A DNA stretch of 32,000 nt from Microcystis aeruginosa NIES-2549 (GCF_000981785.2 NZ_CP011304.1:2160001-2192000); one strand, 5' to 3'; numbered from the stretch's first letter, positions 8,787 through 17,090 are shown. A program made the numbers and translations. Notes: generated by a model not told the origin, from the sequence alone.

Positions 8787-9278
8787 ATGACCAAGACACC
8801 TTTAACCGAAGCGGTGGCTACTGCCGATTCCCAAGGCCGTTTTCTCAGCAGTGCAGAATTACAAGTAGCCTTCGGTCGTTTCCGTCAGGCCGCCATCACC
8901 CTAGAAGCGGTAAAAATCCTCGCCCAAAAAGCCCCCAGTTTAGCCCAAGAAGCAGCCAACGCTGTCTATCAAAAATTTCCCTACACCACCCAACTCCAGG
9001 GGCCGAACTATGCCTACGATGAGCGGGGGAAATCCAAGTGCGTTCGCGATATCGGCTACTATATCCGGATTATCACCTATGCCCTCGTGGTAGGCGGTAC
9101 AGGCCCGATCGATGAATATCTAGTCGCCGGTTTGAGTGAAATTAATAGTGCCTTTGAACTATCTCCTAGTTGGTATATCGAAGCCTTAAAATACATCAAA
9201 ACCAATCACGGATTAAGTGGGGATGCTGCTGTAGAAGCTAATTCCTACATCGATTATGTGATCAACGCCCTTAGCTAA
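8787..9278 (+). CDS. cpcA: Phycocyanin alpha-subunit paralog, sulfur-depleted (cpcA3-like)
   Basis: [22 protein letters not shown]...[30 protein letters not shown]...[21 protein letters not shown]...NALS. It has a single Cys (the alpha-84 bilin site) and only the initiator Met. Confidence 0.95.
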   Translation: MTKTPLTEAVATADSQGRFLSSAELQVAFGRFRQAAITLEAVKILAQKAPSLAQEAANAVYQKFPYTTQLQGPNYAYDERGKSKCVRDIGYYIRIITYALVVGGTGPIDEYLVAGLSEINSAFELSPSWYIEALKYIKTNHGLSGDAAVEANSYIDYVINALS

Positions 9279-9324
9279 TTTACGTCAACTTCACGTCAAC
9301 ACAAGCTCAAATCTCCTAAATTCA

Positions 9325-9351
9325 CCTCGGGATGAGCGCCGAGGTTTTTTT
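9325..9351 (+). terminator. Rho-independent terminator of cpcBA
   Basis: CCTCGG-gatgagcg-CCGAGG followed by T7. Confidence 0.75.
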
Positions 9352-9391
9352 GCGTCCGTCTAACTTGGTCGTCGTCGGGAACCTACCCTAA

Positions 9392-9419
9392 CAAAAAAAC
9401 CATCTTGGGCAAGATGGTT
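9392..9419 (-). terminator. Rho-independent terminator of the rhodanese gene
   Basis: Perfect 9-bp stem AACCATCTT-gggc-AAGATGGTT. An A-run at 9392-9399 gives a U-tract on the minus strand. Confidence 0.75.
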
Positions 9420-9452
9420 AAACACAACGAGTATAAACCGACAAACTTGATT

Positions 9453-10451
9453 TTAGACCGCTTTTTCTGGCCCGGTAGCGACGGGCAGATCTGTGGTACT
9501 GTACTCTGTCCAAGAACCCTCATAAATTCGCACCTTGGGATAACCGAGCAGATGTTTGAGGACAATATACTGTAAAGTCGCTTCCCGTCCGGTACTGCAA
9601 CTGACGATAATATTATCCGAGGGCTTGATGTTGCTTTGGGCAAGAATCTTCCTTATTTCGTCTAAAGATTTCAATTTATGAGGATTTTTCAGGGATTCAT
9701 CGGGATTATTCGCTTCCGTAAAAGTCGGCCAGGGTATATTTTTCGCCCCCGGAATATGACCATTTCTCAGCCAGATATCCTGTTTCCCCTGAAAAAGTTC
9801 TTCCGGTCTAGGATCGATAAAAACCACATCTGGTTTGCCGATCAATTTCTCTACTTCTGCTAAATTTACCCGAATCGAGGGATTATCACGGACAGTAAAG
9901 CTCCCGGGTTGATATTTAGGGAATTCTTTAGTTACCTTTTGTTCAGAGCCCTTATAACCCTTAAAACCGCCATCTAAGACCGCCACATCTCGGAAACCCG
10001 AGCGCTCTAGTAAATAGGCCACCATGGTTGCCCCCAAGACATCGCGACCATCGGAATATACTACCACTCGATCGCCATTAGTGATTCCCGCGGCGGCAAA
10101 GAGACTGCCAATTTTATCCTCTTGCCAATATTGAACCGGCAAAAATCCGTTTGGACCACGAAAATTATTGTCGGCTATATTCACCGCTTTCGGTAAATGA
10201 CCGGTGATATATTCTAAAGGATTAATCCGCACATCGAGAATTTTTAACTTCGGATCGTTGAGATTTTGTGCTACCCACCCCGGCGATACAAAGTCTATCT
10301 TAGTCTCAGATTTAGACGTGGCCATCAGGGGCGATGACGGGGCTAAGGTAAAGGTTAAAATGCAGAGGAGAACTAAAGTGAAAAAAGCAAGGGGACGGCT
10401 GTGAAACCGTCCCAGGGATAGACCCTTCCCTTGACGCAGTTTTGGTTTCAT
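9453..10451 (-). CDS. Exported tandem-rhodanese sulfurtransferase (thiosulfate/3-mercaptopyruvate type; RhdA-like)
   Basis: 332 aa with a signal peptide (...FFTLVLLCILTFTLAPSSPLMA), two rhodanese domains and the active-site loop VSCSTGREAT. Confidence 0.85.
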   Translation of the reverse strand: MKPKLRQGKGLSLGRFHSRPLAFFTLVLLCILTFTLAPSSPLMATSKSETKIDFVSPGWVAQNLNDPKLKILDVRINPLEYITGHLPKAVNIADNNFRGPNGFLPVQYWQEDKIGSLFAAAGITNGDRVVVYSDGRDVLGATMVAYLLERSGFRDVAVLDGGFKGYKGSEQKVTKEFPKYQPGSFTVRDNPSIRVNLAEVEKLIGKPDVVFIDPRPEELFQGKQDIWLRNGHIPGAKNIPWPTFTEANNPDESLKNPHKLKSLDEIRKILAQSNIKPSDNIIVSCSTGREATLQYIVLKHLLGYPKVRIYEGSWTEYSTTDLPVATGPEKAV

Positions 10452-10561
10452 GATTCAGTGTCAGCGACGAGTATCAAATGATAATCACTATAGGGCTTTG
10501 ATTAGCTTTCTCCAAAAATTTAAGTATAGCGTGATATTTTTTTTGGCAGCAAGTCGGTCAA

Positions 10562-11230
10562 CTAATTATTAATTTTCTCTTGGGTGTTGATCGCCTTGGG
10601 TGTCTCTAATAACTGTTGCCACCAGATATGAAATAGGAAAGACCAAGCGATCGCTAAAAGCCAAGCGGCAAGGATATCACTAGGAAAGTGAACACCTAAA
10701 TAAAGACGAGTCCAGGCAATAACTAAGACGAAGGGAATCCCCAGTAAAACTACCCCGAAAAACCAGCGCGTTCTCCAAGATAGGATCAGTAAAGAAACCA
10801 CTAACAGGGAACTAAATAAAGCATGACCGCTAGGGAAGGCAAAATCATCGGGTAACGGATAAAATAACTGCCAAAATTGCGGGCGGTTTCGATGAAAAAA
10901 AATCTTGAGATTATAACTAATTGCCCAACCTCCCGCCATAGTTACAAGAAGATAAGCGAACCCATACCAGTATTTTTTTAGGGCAAAAATCAGCAGTAAA
11001 ATTGTTAGTATCGGGGCTACTCCCCAATAAGTACCCAATCCCGTTAGTTTTATGGCCAAAAAATTTAGGTTTAAATTAGTAGTTTGATGAATAGATAGCA
11101 GCAGGAATTTTTCCCAAGCAAATCCTTGGGGATGCTGGTCAATAGCGATCGCTAAATCCGTAAAACTTAGCGATGTTAACAAGATGGCTAAGAAAAATAA
11201 GCTATTGTTTAAGTAGGTTTTGGCAATCAC
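10562..11230 (-). CDS. PAP2-family phosphatase (phosphatidic acid / undecaprenyl-PP phosphatase type)
   Basis: Motifs KIFFHRNRP, PSGHA and TRLYLGVHFPSD. The track ORF extends to 11353. However, a GTG at 11230 overlaps the upstream gene's TGA (GTGA), which is the more likely coupled start. Confidence 0.8.
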   Translation of the reverse strand: MIAKTYLNNSLFFLAILLTSLSFTDLAIAIDQHPQGFAWEKFLLLSIHQTTNLNLNFLAIKLTGLGTYWGVAPILTILLLIFALKKYWYGFAYLLVTMAGGWAISYNLKIFFHRNRPQFWQLFYPLPDDFAFPSGHALFSSLLVVSLLILSWRTRWFFGVVLLGIPFVLVIAWTRLYLGVHFPSDILAAWLLAIAWSFLFHIWWQQLLETPKAINTQEKINN

Positions 11231-11607
11231 GGGGAAAAAGTGGCGATCGAGGATAACAGGGGCATTTCTAAAACCTGAAAATGCAGCAAAGCTAGGATTA
11301 CTAAAGTATAAACTGTCGAGGAAAGTAATCCATTTCTTAATTCTTTTTGCCAATTGCGTTCTTCTTTCTCTCCACCGATTAATTCTTTCGTTCCGAACTG
11401 CATCAGCAGAATTCCCACAACATTAGATAACCAATAACCAACCATGGCCGCCGGCAGAAAAAAATCGGCGTGTAAGCAAGCAATTAAACGACCGAAACCG
11501 TAGGCGATCGGCAGATTAAAAATTAGATCGTTCCACCAACACAGGGGCGATAATAAGTAACCAATCAATACCAAGGTTCCGTTTTTTATTTTGTCCAGTA
11601 GATACAT
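11227..11607 (-). CDS. Small conserved membrane protein of unknown function
   Basis: 126 aa with 3-4 hydrophobic segments, SPLCWWNDLIFNLPIAYGF. Its stop codon overlaps the GTG start of the PAP2 gene. Confidence 0.6.
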   Translation of the reverse strand: MYLLDKIKNGTLVLIGYLLSPLCWWNDLIFNLPIAYGFGRLIACLHADFFLPAAMVGYWLSNVVGILLMQFGTKELIGGEKEERNWQKELRNGLLSSTVYTLVILALLHFQVLEMPLLSSIATFSP

Positions 11608-11642
11608 CTTTTTTTTATTTACTAACTATCAGCTTTGTTTTT

Positions 11643-11787
11643 GGCTCTTCTAGGTTCTGTGTGATACGTTTAACTTACAGAGGATCGATCAATCTTTGTG
11701 TCCTTTGTGTCTTTGTGGTTCCTTCCACTCGCTCGCTAGGAAGAATGTATCTTAGAATACATTTTACCCACCAAACCTAAGAGAGCC
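11643..11787 (-). mobile_element. MITE copy 1 (145 bp)
   Basis: Near-identical to 20783-20927 and 28480-28623 in the opposite orientation. Flanked by the 7-bp direct repeat TGTTTTT. Confidence 0.85.
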
Positions 11788-11847
11788 TGTTTTTTTGGCC
11801 ATCAGCAATCAACTATCTCTGCTATCTAGCTGACGGCTCACGACTAA

Positions 11848-12930
11848 TTAACGCTGAATTTGGTCAAAAATCGCCCCATCAGCGAAGAATTTTTTCTGGA
11901 TCGCATCCCAGCTACCAACCGCAGTATAGGGGAAAAGATTCGACACTTTTGGATATTGTTTACTAAACTCTTTAGCCACATTAGCATTAACGGGACGGAA
12001 ACCCACCTTGGCGAATTCCCGCTGCGCTTCCGGAGTAAAGAGAAATTGGGCAAAAGCTGTCGCTACTTCCCGGGTTTTGCGTTTATCAACTATTTTATCC
12101 ACTACGGCCACAGGCGGATCGATCGAAACATTGACCGGAGGAATAGTATAGGAAAACCCGGTTTCTCCTTTTTGACGGGCCAGAATCACCTCGTTTTCGT
12201 AGTTAAGCAGCACATCCCCCTGATCTTGTTTAAAGAAGACATCGCTGGCTTCCCGGGCATCTTTGGGTAGTACAGGCACGTTTTTATAGACATTGCGGAC
12301 GAAATTGGTCGCTTGTTGTTCGTTGCCTCCATTCCGAGTTACCGATCCCCACAGGGCCAGAAAATTCCACCGTGCCACCCCAGAGGTTTTCGGGTTGGCA
12401 GTAATGACTTTAATCCCCGATTTGGCTAGATCTGGCCAGTTGCGGATTCCTTTGGGATTGCCCTGACGAGTAACTAAAGCTACCACGGAACGAGTGGCGA
12501 TGGCATTATTGGGGAGTTCTTTCTGCCAACCGGGGTTAACTAAACCCGCTTTTTGCAAGCGTTCCACATCGGAACCGATGGCCAAATTTACCACATCTGC
12601 ATCTAATCCGTCGATAACAGCGCGGGTTTGGGAACCAGAGCCGCCATAACTCTGTTTAATCACCACATCCTGTTTTTTCTCTCTTTTCCATTTGTTGACG
12701 AATAGAGGAATGATTTTTGAGTAGGCCGATTGAGTCACCGCGTAGGAAACCAGGGTGATTTCCACGGTTTGTTGTTTAGCTTGCTCTTTATCCGCAGCTG
12801 CCAGCAGATTACTCGATGCTGATAGGGGACTAGAAGCTAGTCCGATTCCCGTTGTGACGACGGCAGCCGTAGCTAGAGAAATAAAAGGTAAGAGGGTTTT
12901 CGGTTTTGGGGATCTAGGATCAGGGATCAC
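11848..12930 (-). CDS. sbpA: Sulfate/thiosulfate ABC-transporter periplasmic binding protein
   Basis: 360 codons with SYGGSGSQTRAVIDGLDADVV and ITANPKTSGVARWNFLALWG. GTG start with AAAGGAG 11 nt upstream. There is no ATG codon or Cys codon anywhere in the frame. Confidence 0.9.
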   Translation of the reverse strand: MIPDPRSPKPKTLLPFISLATAAVVTTGIGLASSPLSASSNLLAAADKEQAKQQTVEITLVSYAVTQSAYSKIIPLFVNKWKREKKQDVVIKQSYGGSGSQTRAVIDGLDADVVNLAIGSDVERLQKAGLVNPGWQKELPNNAIATRSVVALVTRQGNPKGIRNWPDLAKSGIKVITANPKTSGVARWNFLALWGSVTRNGGNEQQATNFVRNVYKNVPVLPKDAREASDVFFKQDQGDVLLNYENEVILARQKGETGFSYTIPPVNVSIDPPVAVVDKIVDKRKTREVATAFAQFLFTPEAQREFAKVGFRPVNANVAKEFSKQYPKVSNLFPYTAVGSWDAIQKKFFADGAIFDQIQR

Positions 12931-12981
12931 GATGTCATCGGCTCCTTTGTTTATTTATGGGAGATTGCTAGGTATTTTTTC

Positions 12982-12996
12982 TAGAATCGTATTCTA
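12982..12996. promoter_or_regulatory. Perfect 6-3-6 palindrome upstream of sbpA (candidate operator)
   Basis: TAGAAT-CGT-ATTCTA, 52-66 bp upstream of the sbpA start. Confidence 0.2.
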
Positions 12997-13053
12997 TACG
13001 AAATAAAAAACAATTACAATACATTGAAGAAAAAATTATACTGTTTGGGTTAG

Positions 13054-13290
13054 ATGCAAATAAATCAAGCCATTAATGGCTTGATTAACTCAAAAAAAAT
13101 GGAAATATTCGATTTATACCGCTTAAATGCGCCTTTAAATCTGCCTGAAGCCTCTTTATGCTTCCAGAATAGAGATTTTATTGTCTTTATGGAGAGGAAA
13201 GAATTTTTTAGCCCTCAAAAACCTCTCCCGGGTTCACCGGTGAAGTTAGCTGACCTTAGCAACTATTACCCTAAAATTGAAGCGGTCTAA
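13054..13290 (+). CDS. Hypothetical small ORF
   Basis: 78-aa track ORF with no recognisable motif and no obvious RBS. Confidence 0.2.
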   Translation: MQINQAINGLINSKKMEIFDLYRLNAPLNLPEASLCFQNRDFIVFMERKEFFSPQKPLPGSPVKLADLSNYYPKIEAV

Positions 13291-13357
13291 CGACTTCAAT
13301 CAATAAGCAGGGTGCGTCCCCAAAATCTATTGGTGGAGCAGTAGGACTTGCATTATC

Positions 13358-13555
13358 GCACTGAAACAGTCCAGTAGGGTGTGTTAGCGTTAGCGTAACG
13401 CACGAATTTTGAACATTAGATAAGGTGCGTTACATTTCATTAACGCACCCTACCAGAGCGCACTGAAACAGTCCAGTAGGGTGTGTTAGCGTCAGCGTAA
13501 CGCACGAATTTTGAACATTAGATAAGGTGCGTTACATTTCATTAACGCACCCTAC
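13358..13555 (+). repeat. Tandem duplication (2 x ~96 bp, 102-bp period) of a hairpin-rich REP/MITE-like element
   Basis: Units 13358-13453 and 13460-13555 differ by one base. Each unit contains GCGTTA-gcg-TAACGC and the perfect 9-bp stem GGTGCGTTA-catttcat-TAACGCACC. A partial third head (CTGAAACAGTCCA) lies at ~13590. Confidence 0.85.
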
Positions 13556-13706
13556 AAGATCGGCGATCGCACTAATACACCAAATTAGCTGAAACAGTCC
13601 ACTACCATATCGGCGATCACACTAGTGATCGCGTGTGTCCAAATACCCTTGTGGGGGCAAAATCTACCCTAAATACCGAAAAAGATGCTTTACATCTCAC
13701 CAAAAC

Positions 13707-14093
13707 TTAGCGATTAGGGAAATTGGGAAAGCGAGTGCGGCATCCGCGATTGATCAAGCCATACCATCCCCAAGCGGCACATTCAATCGGGCGAGTCTCT
13801 TGAGGTCGGGAAACAACCGTATAGTCGCAAGAGACATAGCCGTTACCGTCGCTATCTATTGCCTGACAGTTCGCTCCTTTTAGGTCTTCTCTAAGAACGG
13901 AATTAACATGGTCTCTCAGTTGATTTTCGGCAAAACTCCTGCCCAAAAAAATCTGTCCTAGGAAAGAAACGGCGCTGATTGCGAGAATGCCGACAATAAT
14001 AGTATTGACTAAGAGTTCAATTAGGGTGAAACCTTTGTTAGCCTTCTTGTTGGCGATTTTGAGCAGCAGTTTGGTTTTGAAGTTAGCGTTCAT
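13707..14093 (-). CDS. Type IV pilin-like protein (prepilin N-terminal cleavage/methylation domain)
   Basis: 128 aa. A leader MNANFKTKLLLKIANKKANKG is followed by FTLIELLVNTIIVGILAI (G/FTLIE signature). There are four Cys in the C-terminal half. Confidence 0.8.
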   Translation of the reverse strand: MNANFKTKLLLKIANKKANKGFTLIELLVNTIIVGILAISAVSFLGQIFLGRSFAENQLRDHVNSVLREDLKGANCQAIDSDGNGYVSCDYTVVSRPQETRPIECAAWGWYGLINRGCRTRFPNFPNR

Positions 14094-14237
14094 GATTTTT
14101 CCTGAGTACAGGTGTTGGATTTGCTTCTGAACAATAAAACTGTTTCTATTCGTTTATTTAGGCTGAAGAGGCTTAACTATGTGTGAAATTTAAATTTCTT
14201 TACAAAAAGCTGGATGCCAACTATAGCAGTTATCTTA

Positions 14238-14272
14238 GCGTTGGGTTTCATGCTTCAACCCAACCTACGTTC
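14238..14272 (-). repeat. Dispersed 35-bp hairpin repeat; copy 2
   Basis: Exact reverse complement of 3364-3398. Confidence 0.8.
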
Positions 14273-14545
14273 ATCTTATATTTAATTCCACCCACCCACT
14301 TAGGACTTGTATTAGGGAACGCACCCTACAGCGATAGCGTACTGCTACGCAGTGCCTTCGGCATCGCACTGCCCCCCCTAATTGAGCGCCACCAATCGGT
14401 ATGATTCGTAATTATGCCGCAAGCACTGACAATGAGCGGCAAGTCTCTTCTAATATTATTGCCGATCGAGAATGGCTCAGGAAGAGATCGCCAAAATAGT
14501 TTAAAAATCGGCCGAGAATTTCTAGGATAGAAGTAAAGACCATCC

Positions 14546-16891
14546 TTGCCTACTTTTTCCATGATCCTAGCCGCCGAAACTGGACTAAAAACCGCTACTC
14601 TAGACGTAAAAGGCATGAAATGCGCCGGCTGTGTGAGTGCCGTAGAACGACAACTCAGCCAAAATCAAGGGGTAAAATCGGCCCAAGTTAACCTAATCAC
14701 GGAAATTGCCGTGATTGAATACCAACCGGATGCGATCGCACCAGAGCAGTTAGCCGCAAAATTAACCGCGATTGGATTCCCCACCCAACCGCGCAGCTCA
14801 TCGACTCCCCTTTCTCAACAAAATCAACGGCTGCAAAACCAACAAAAAGAACAGCAACAACAATTATACCGATTAGCGATCGCTTGTTGTTTACTGGTTT
14901 TTTCCCTGATTGGTCACTTACACCACATCGGGGGACCAGAAATCCCTATCTTTCAAAGTATTGCTTTTCACTGGACTTTAGCCACCCTAGCCATTTTATT
15001 CCCCGGCCGCGATATTTTCATCGATGGTTGGCGGGGATTACGGCACGGGATGCCAAATATGAACACTCTCGTTAGTTTAGGCACAGGTAGCGCCTATATA
15101 GCCAGTTGTTTGGCTCTTATCTTCCCTAATCTCGGTTTAGAGTGCTTTTTCGATGAACCGGTCATGCTGTTAGGTTTTATTCTCCTCGGACGGACTCTAG
15201 AAGCGCATTCCCGTCATCGCGCAGCCGCAGACTTAGAAGCGCTTACCTCCCTACAACCGGCAGTGGCTCACCTGATTGGTAGTACAGATGACCGTGTGGG
15301 CGTGGCCATTCCCGTGGAACAGCTGCGCGTCGGGGAATGGGTGCGCGTCTTACCCGGGGAAAAAATTCCCGTGGATGGGGAGATTATTCAGGGAAGAACC
15401 ACGGTAGATGAAGCTTTATTAACGGGGGAATCGCTCCCGGTGGTTAAGGAAATGGGAGATCTAGTCATTGCTGGCAGTTTCAATCTCTCCGGTGCGATCG
15501 CCGTGCAAACTCGTCAGGTGGGGACCGATACCACCCTAGCTAAGATTATCGCAGCCGTGGAATCAGCCCAAACTCGCAAGGCCCCGGTACAGAAGATAGC
15601 GGACCGGGTAGCGGGTTATTTTGCCTACGGAGTCATGATAATTGCCCTAATTGTGCTGCTCTTTTGGTATTTTTGGGGAACTAGGCTCTTTCCAGAGGTG
15701 TTAGGGTCAACCACGGGACACCATGAGCTGATTCAACCCACTTCTCCCCTACTTTTGTCCCTAAAATTAGCGATTTCTGTGCTTGTGGTCGCTTGTCCCT
15801 GCGCTCTCGGTTTAGCCACACCGACGGCCCTACTGGTGGGAACCAGTTTAGCAGCCGAACGGGGCATTTTAATTAAAGGGGGTGATGTTTTGGAAACCGT
15901 CTCGCAACTGCAAACGGTGGTTTTTGACAAAACGGGAACCCTTAGCCAAGGTCATCCAGAAATTACCGATTGTTTGAGTTTTTCTATCCTTAATTCCCTG
16001 GAAATTCAACAATTAGCGGCAGTAGTGGAGAGTGGTACTAATCATCCTCTTGCTCAGGCGATTTTAGACGCGGTTACTCCCCCTACTAACCTGACGGGGG
16101 AAGATTTTCAAACTGTGGCCGGATTGGGAGTTTCGGCAAGGGTGCAGGGGTCGAAAATTGTTCTAGGAAATCGGCAATGGTTGGCACAGAACGGCATTAA
16201 AATCGATGAAACTATCTGGGGGATTCAAGAGCTTTTACAAGCGGGTAAAACGGTGATTTATCTGGGGATGGAAGAACAATTACTCGGCGCGATCGCTTTT
16301 CAGGACCGATTGCGTCCCGATGCTCAAACAACCGTGAATCAGTTACAAAAACTCGGTTTAGAGGTGATTTTACTCAGTGGTGATCGCCAAGAAGTGGTGA
16401 CAGCGATCGCTAATAGTTTGGGTATTAGCCAATTTTATGCCGAAGTTGCCCCCACCGAAAAATCGGCCTTAATTGCCGACCTACAGACAAAAGAGGGCAA
16501 AATCGTGGCTATGGTCGGGGATGGTATCAATGATGCTCCCGCACTAGGACAGGCTAACATCGGTATTGCTCTGGCCGGTGGCACGGAAGTGGCCATGGAA
16601 ACGGCTGGGATCGTTTTAATTAGCGATCGCCTAGAGGATGTGGTGCAATCTCTGCATTTAAGTCTGGCTACATGGCAAAAAATCCGACAAAATCTTTTTT
16701 GGGCTTTGGGTTATAATACCTTTGCTATTCCCATTGCCGGTGGTTTATTACTGCCCCGTTGGGGTCTAGCTTTCAGTCCGGCCCTAGCAGCAGCTTTAAT
16801 GGCTTTTAGTTCGGTTATGGTAGTGAGTAATTCCTTGCTTTTACGTCGTCAATTTCCCCCGCTCTCATCGACGCAGGAAAGCGAAAATTAA
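14546..16891 (+). CDS. Copper-translocating P1B-type ATPase (CtaA/PacS class)
   Basis: HMA domain GMKCAGCVSAVERQL, transmembrane CPC motif (VACPCALGLATP), DKTGTLS and GDGINDAP. The track start is TTG 14546; ATG 14561 (MILAAE...) is equally plausible. Confidence 0.93.
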   Translation: MPTFSMILAAETGLKTATLDVKGMKCAGCVSAVERQLSQNQGVKSAQVNLITEIAVIEYQPDAIAPEQLAAKLTAIGFPTQPRSSSTPLSQQNQRLQNQQKEQQQQLYRLAIACCLLVFSLIGHLHHIGGPEIPIFQSIAFHWTLATLAILFPGRDIFIDGWRGLRHGMPNMNTLVSLGTGSAYIASCLALIFPNLGLECFFDEPVMLLGFILLGRTLEAHSRHRAAADLEALTSLQPAVAHLIGSTDDRVGVAIPVEQLRVGEWVRVLPGEKIPVDGEIIQGRTTVDEALLTGESLPVVKEMGDLVIAGSFNLSGAIAVQTRQVGTDTTLAKIIAAVESAQTRKAPVQKIADRVAGYFAYGVMIIALIVLLFWYFWGTRLFPEVLGSTTGHHELIQPTSPLLLSLKLAISVLVVACPCALGLATPTALLVGTSLAAERGILIKGGDVLETVSQLQTVVFDKTGTLSQGHPEITDCLSFSILNSLEIQQLAAVVESGTNHPLAQAILDAVTPPTNLTGEDFQTVAGLGVSARVQGSKIVLGNRQWLAQNGIKIDETIWGIQELLQAGKTVIYLGMEEQLLGAIAFQDRLRPDAQTTVNQLQKLGLEVILLSGDRQEVVTAIANSLGISQFYAEVAPTEKSALIADLQTKEGKIVAMVGDGINDAPALGQANIGIALAGGTEVAMETAGIVLISDRLEDVVQSLHLSLATWQKIRQNLFWALGYNTFAIPIAGGLLLPRWGLAFSPALAAALMAFSSVMVVSNSLLLRRQFPPLSSTQESEN

Positions 16892-16938
16892 AGCAATTAC
16901 CGATTTTTTCTCGATCAATCCATCAAGCACCAAAAAGA

Positions 16939-17035
16939 GCGACTCTCTTATTCTTTGTGTGATAAGTTTCACTGATACAGGAGCGATCAATCTCTGTGTA
17001 TTCTGTGTCTTTGTGGTTCGTTACCCAAGAGAGCC
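16939..17035 (-). mobile_element. MITE copy 2, internally deleted (~97 bp)
   Basis: Retains both termini (..CTCTTATTCTTTGTGTGATAAG.. and ..GGTTCGTTACCCAAGAGAGCC) but lacks the central ~50 bp. No clear target-site duplication. Confidence 0.6.
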
Positions 17036-17090
17036 AAGATGGTATTTTGTCCCCGTCTTTGTCAGTTGACGGAGACAGGAACCAATCGGG

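Noticed and set aside
9279-9324. Direct repeat ACGTCAAC-ttc-ACGTCAAC just after cpcA
   Set aside because: It is only 8 bp with two copies, lies in the 3' UTR before the terminator, and has no further support.
11844-13006. ORFs 11844-12053(-), 11860-12270(+) and 12755-13006(+), overlapping sbpA
   Set aside because: These are alternative-frame or antisense ORFs within a well-supported sulfate-binding protein gene.
13358-13555. Possible CRISPR array (also considered for the heptamer arrays at 25384-25591, 28442-28690 and 31464-31526)
   Set aside because: The repeats are directly adjacent, with no unique spacers of 25-40 bp. The unit sizes of 102 bp and 7 bp are wrong for CRISPR, and there are no cas genes.
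13635-14616. ORFs 13635-13883(+), 14183-14404(+) and 14326-14616(-)
   Set aside because: The first is antisense to the pilin-like gene. The other two are translations of dispersed repeat elements and of the ATPase 5' region.
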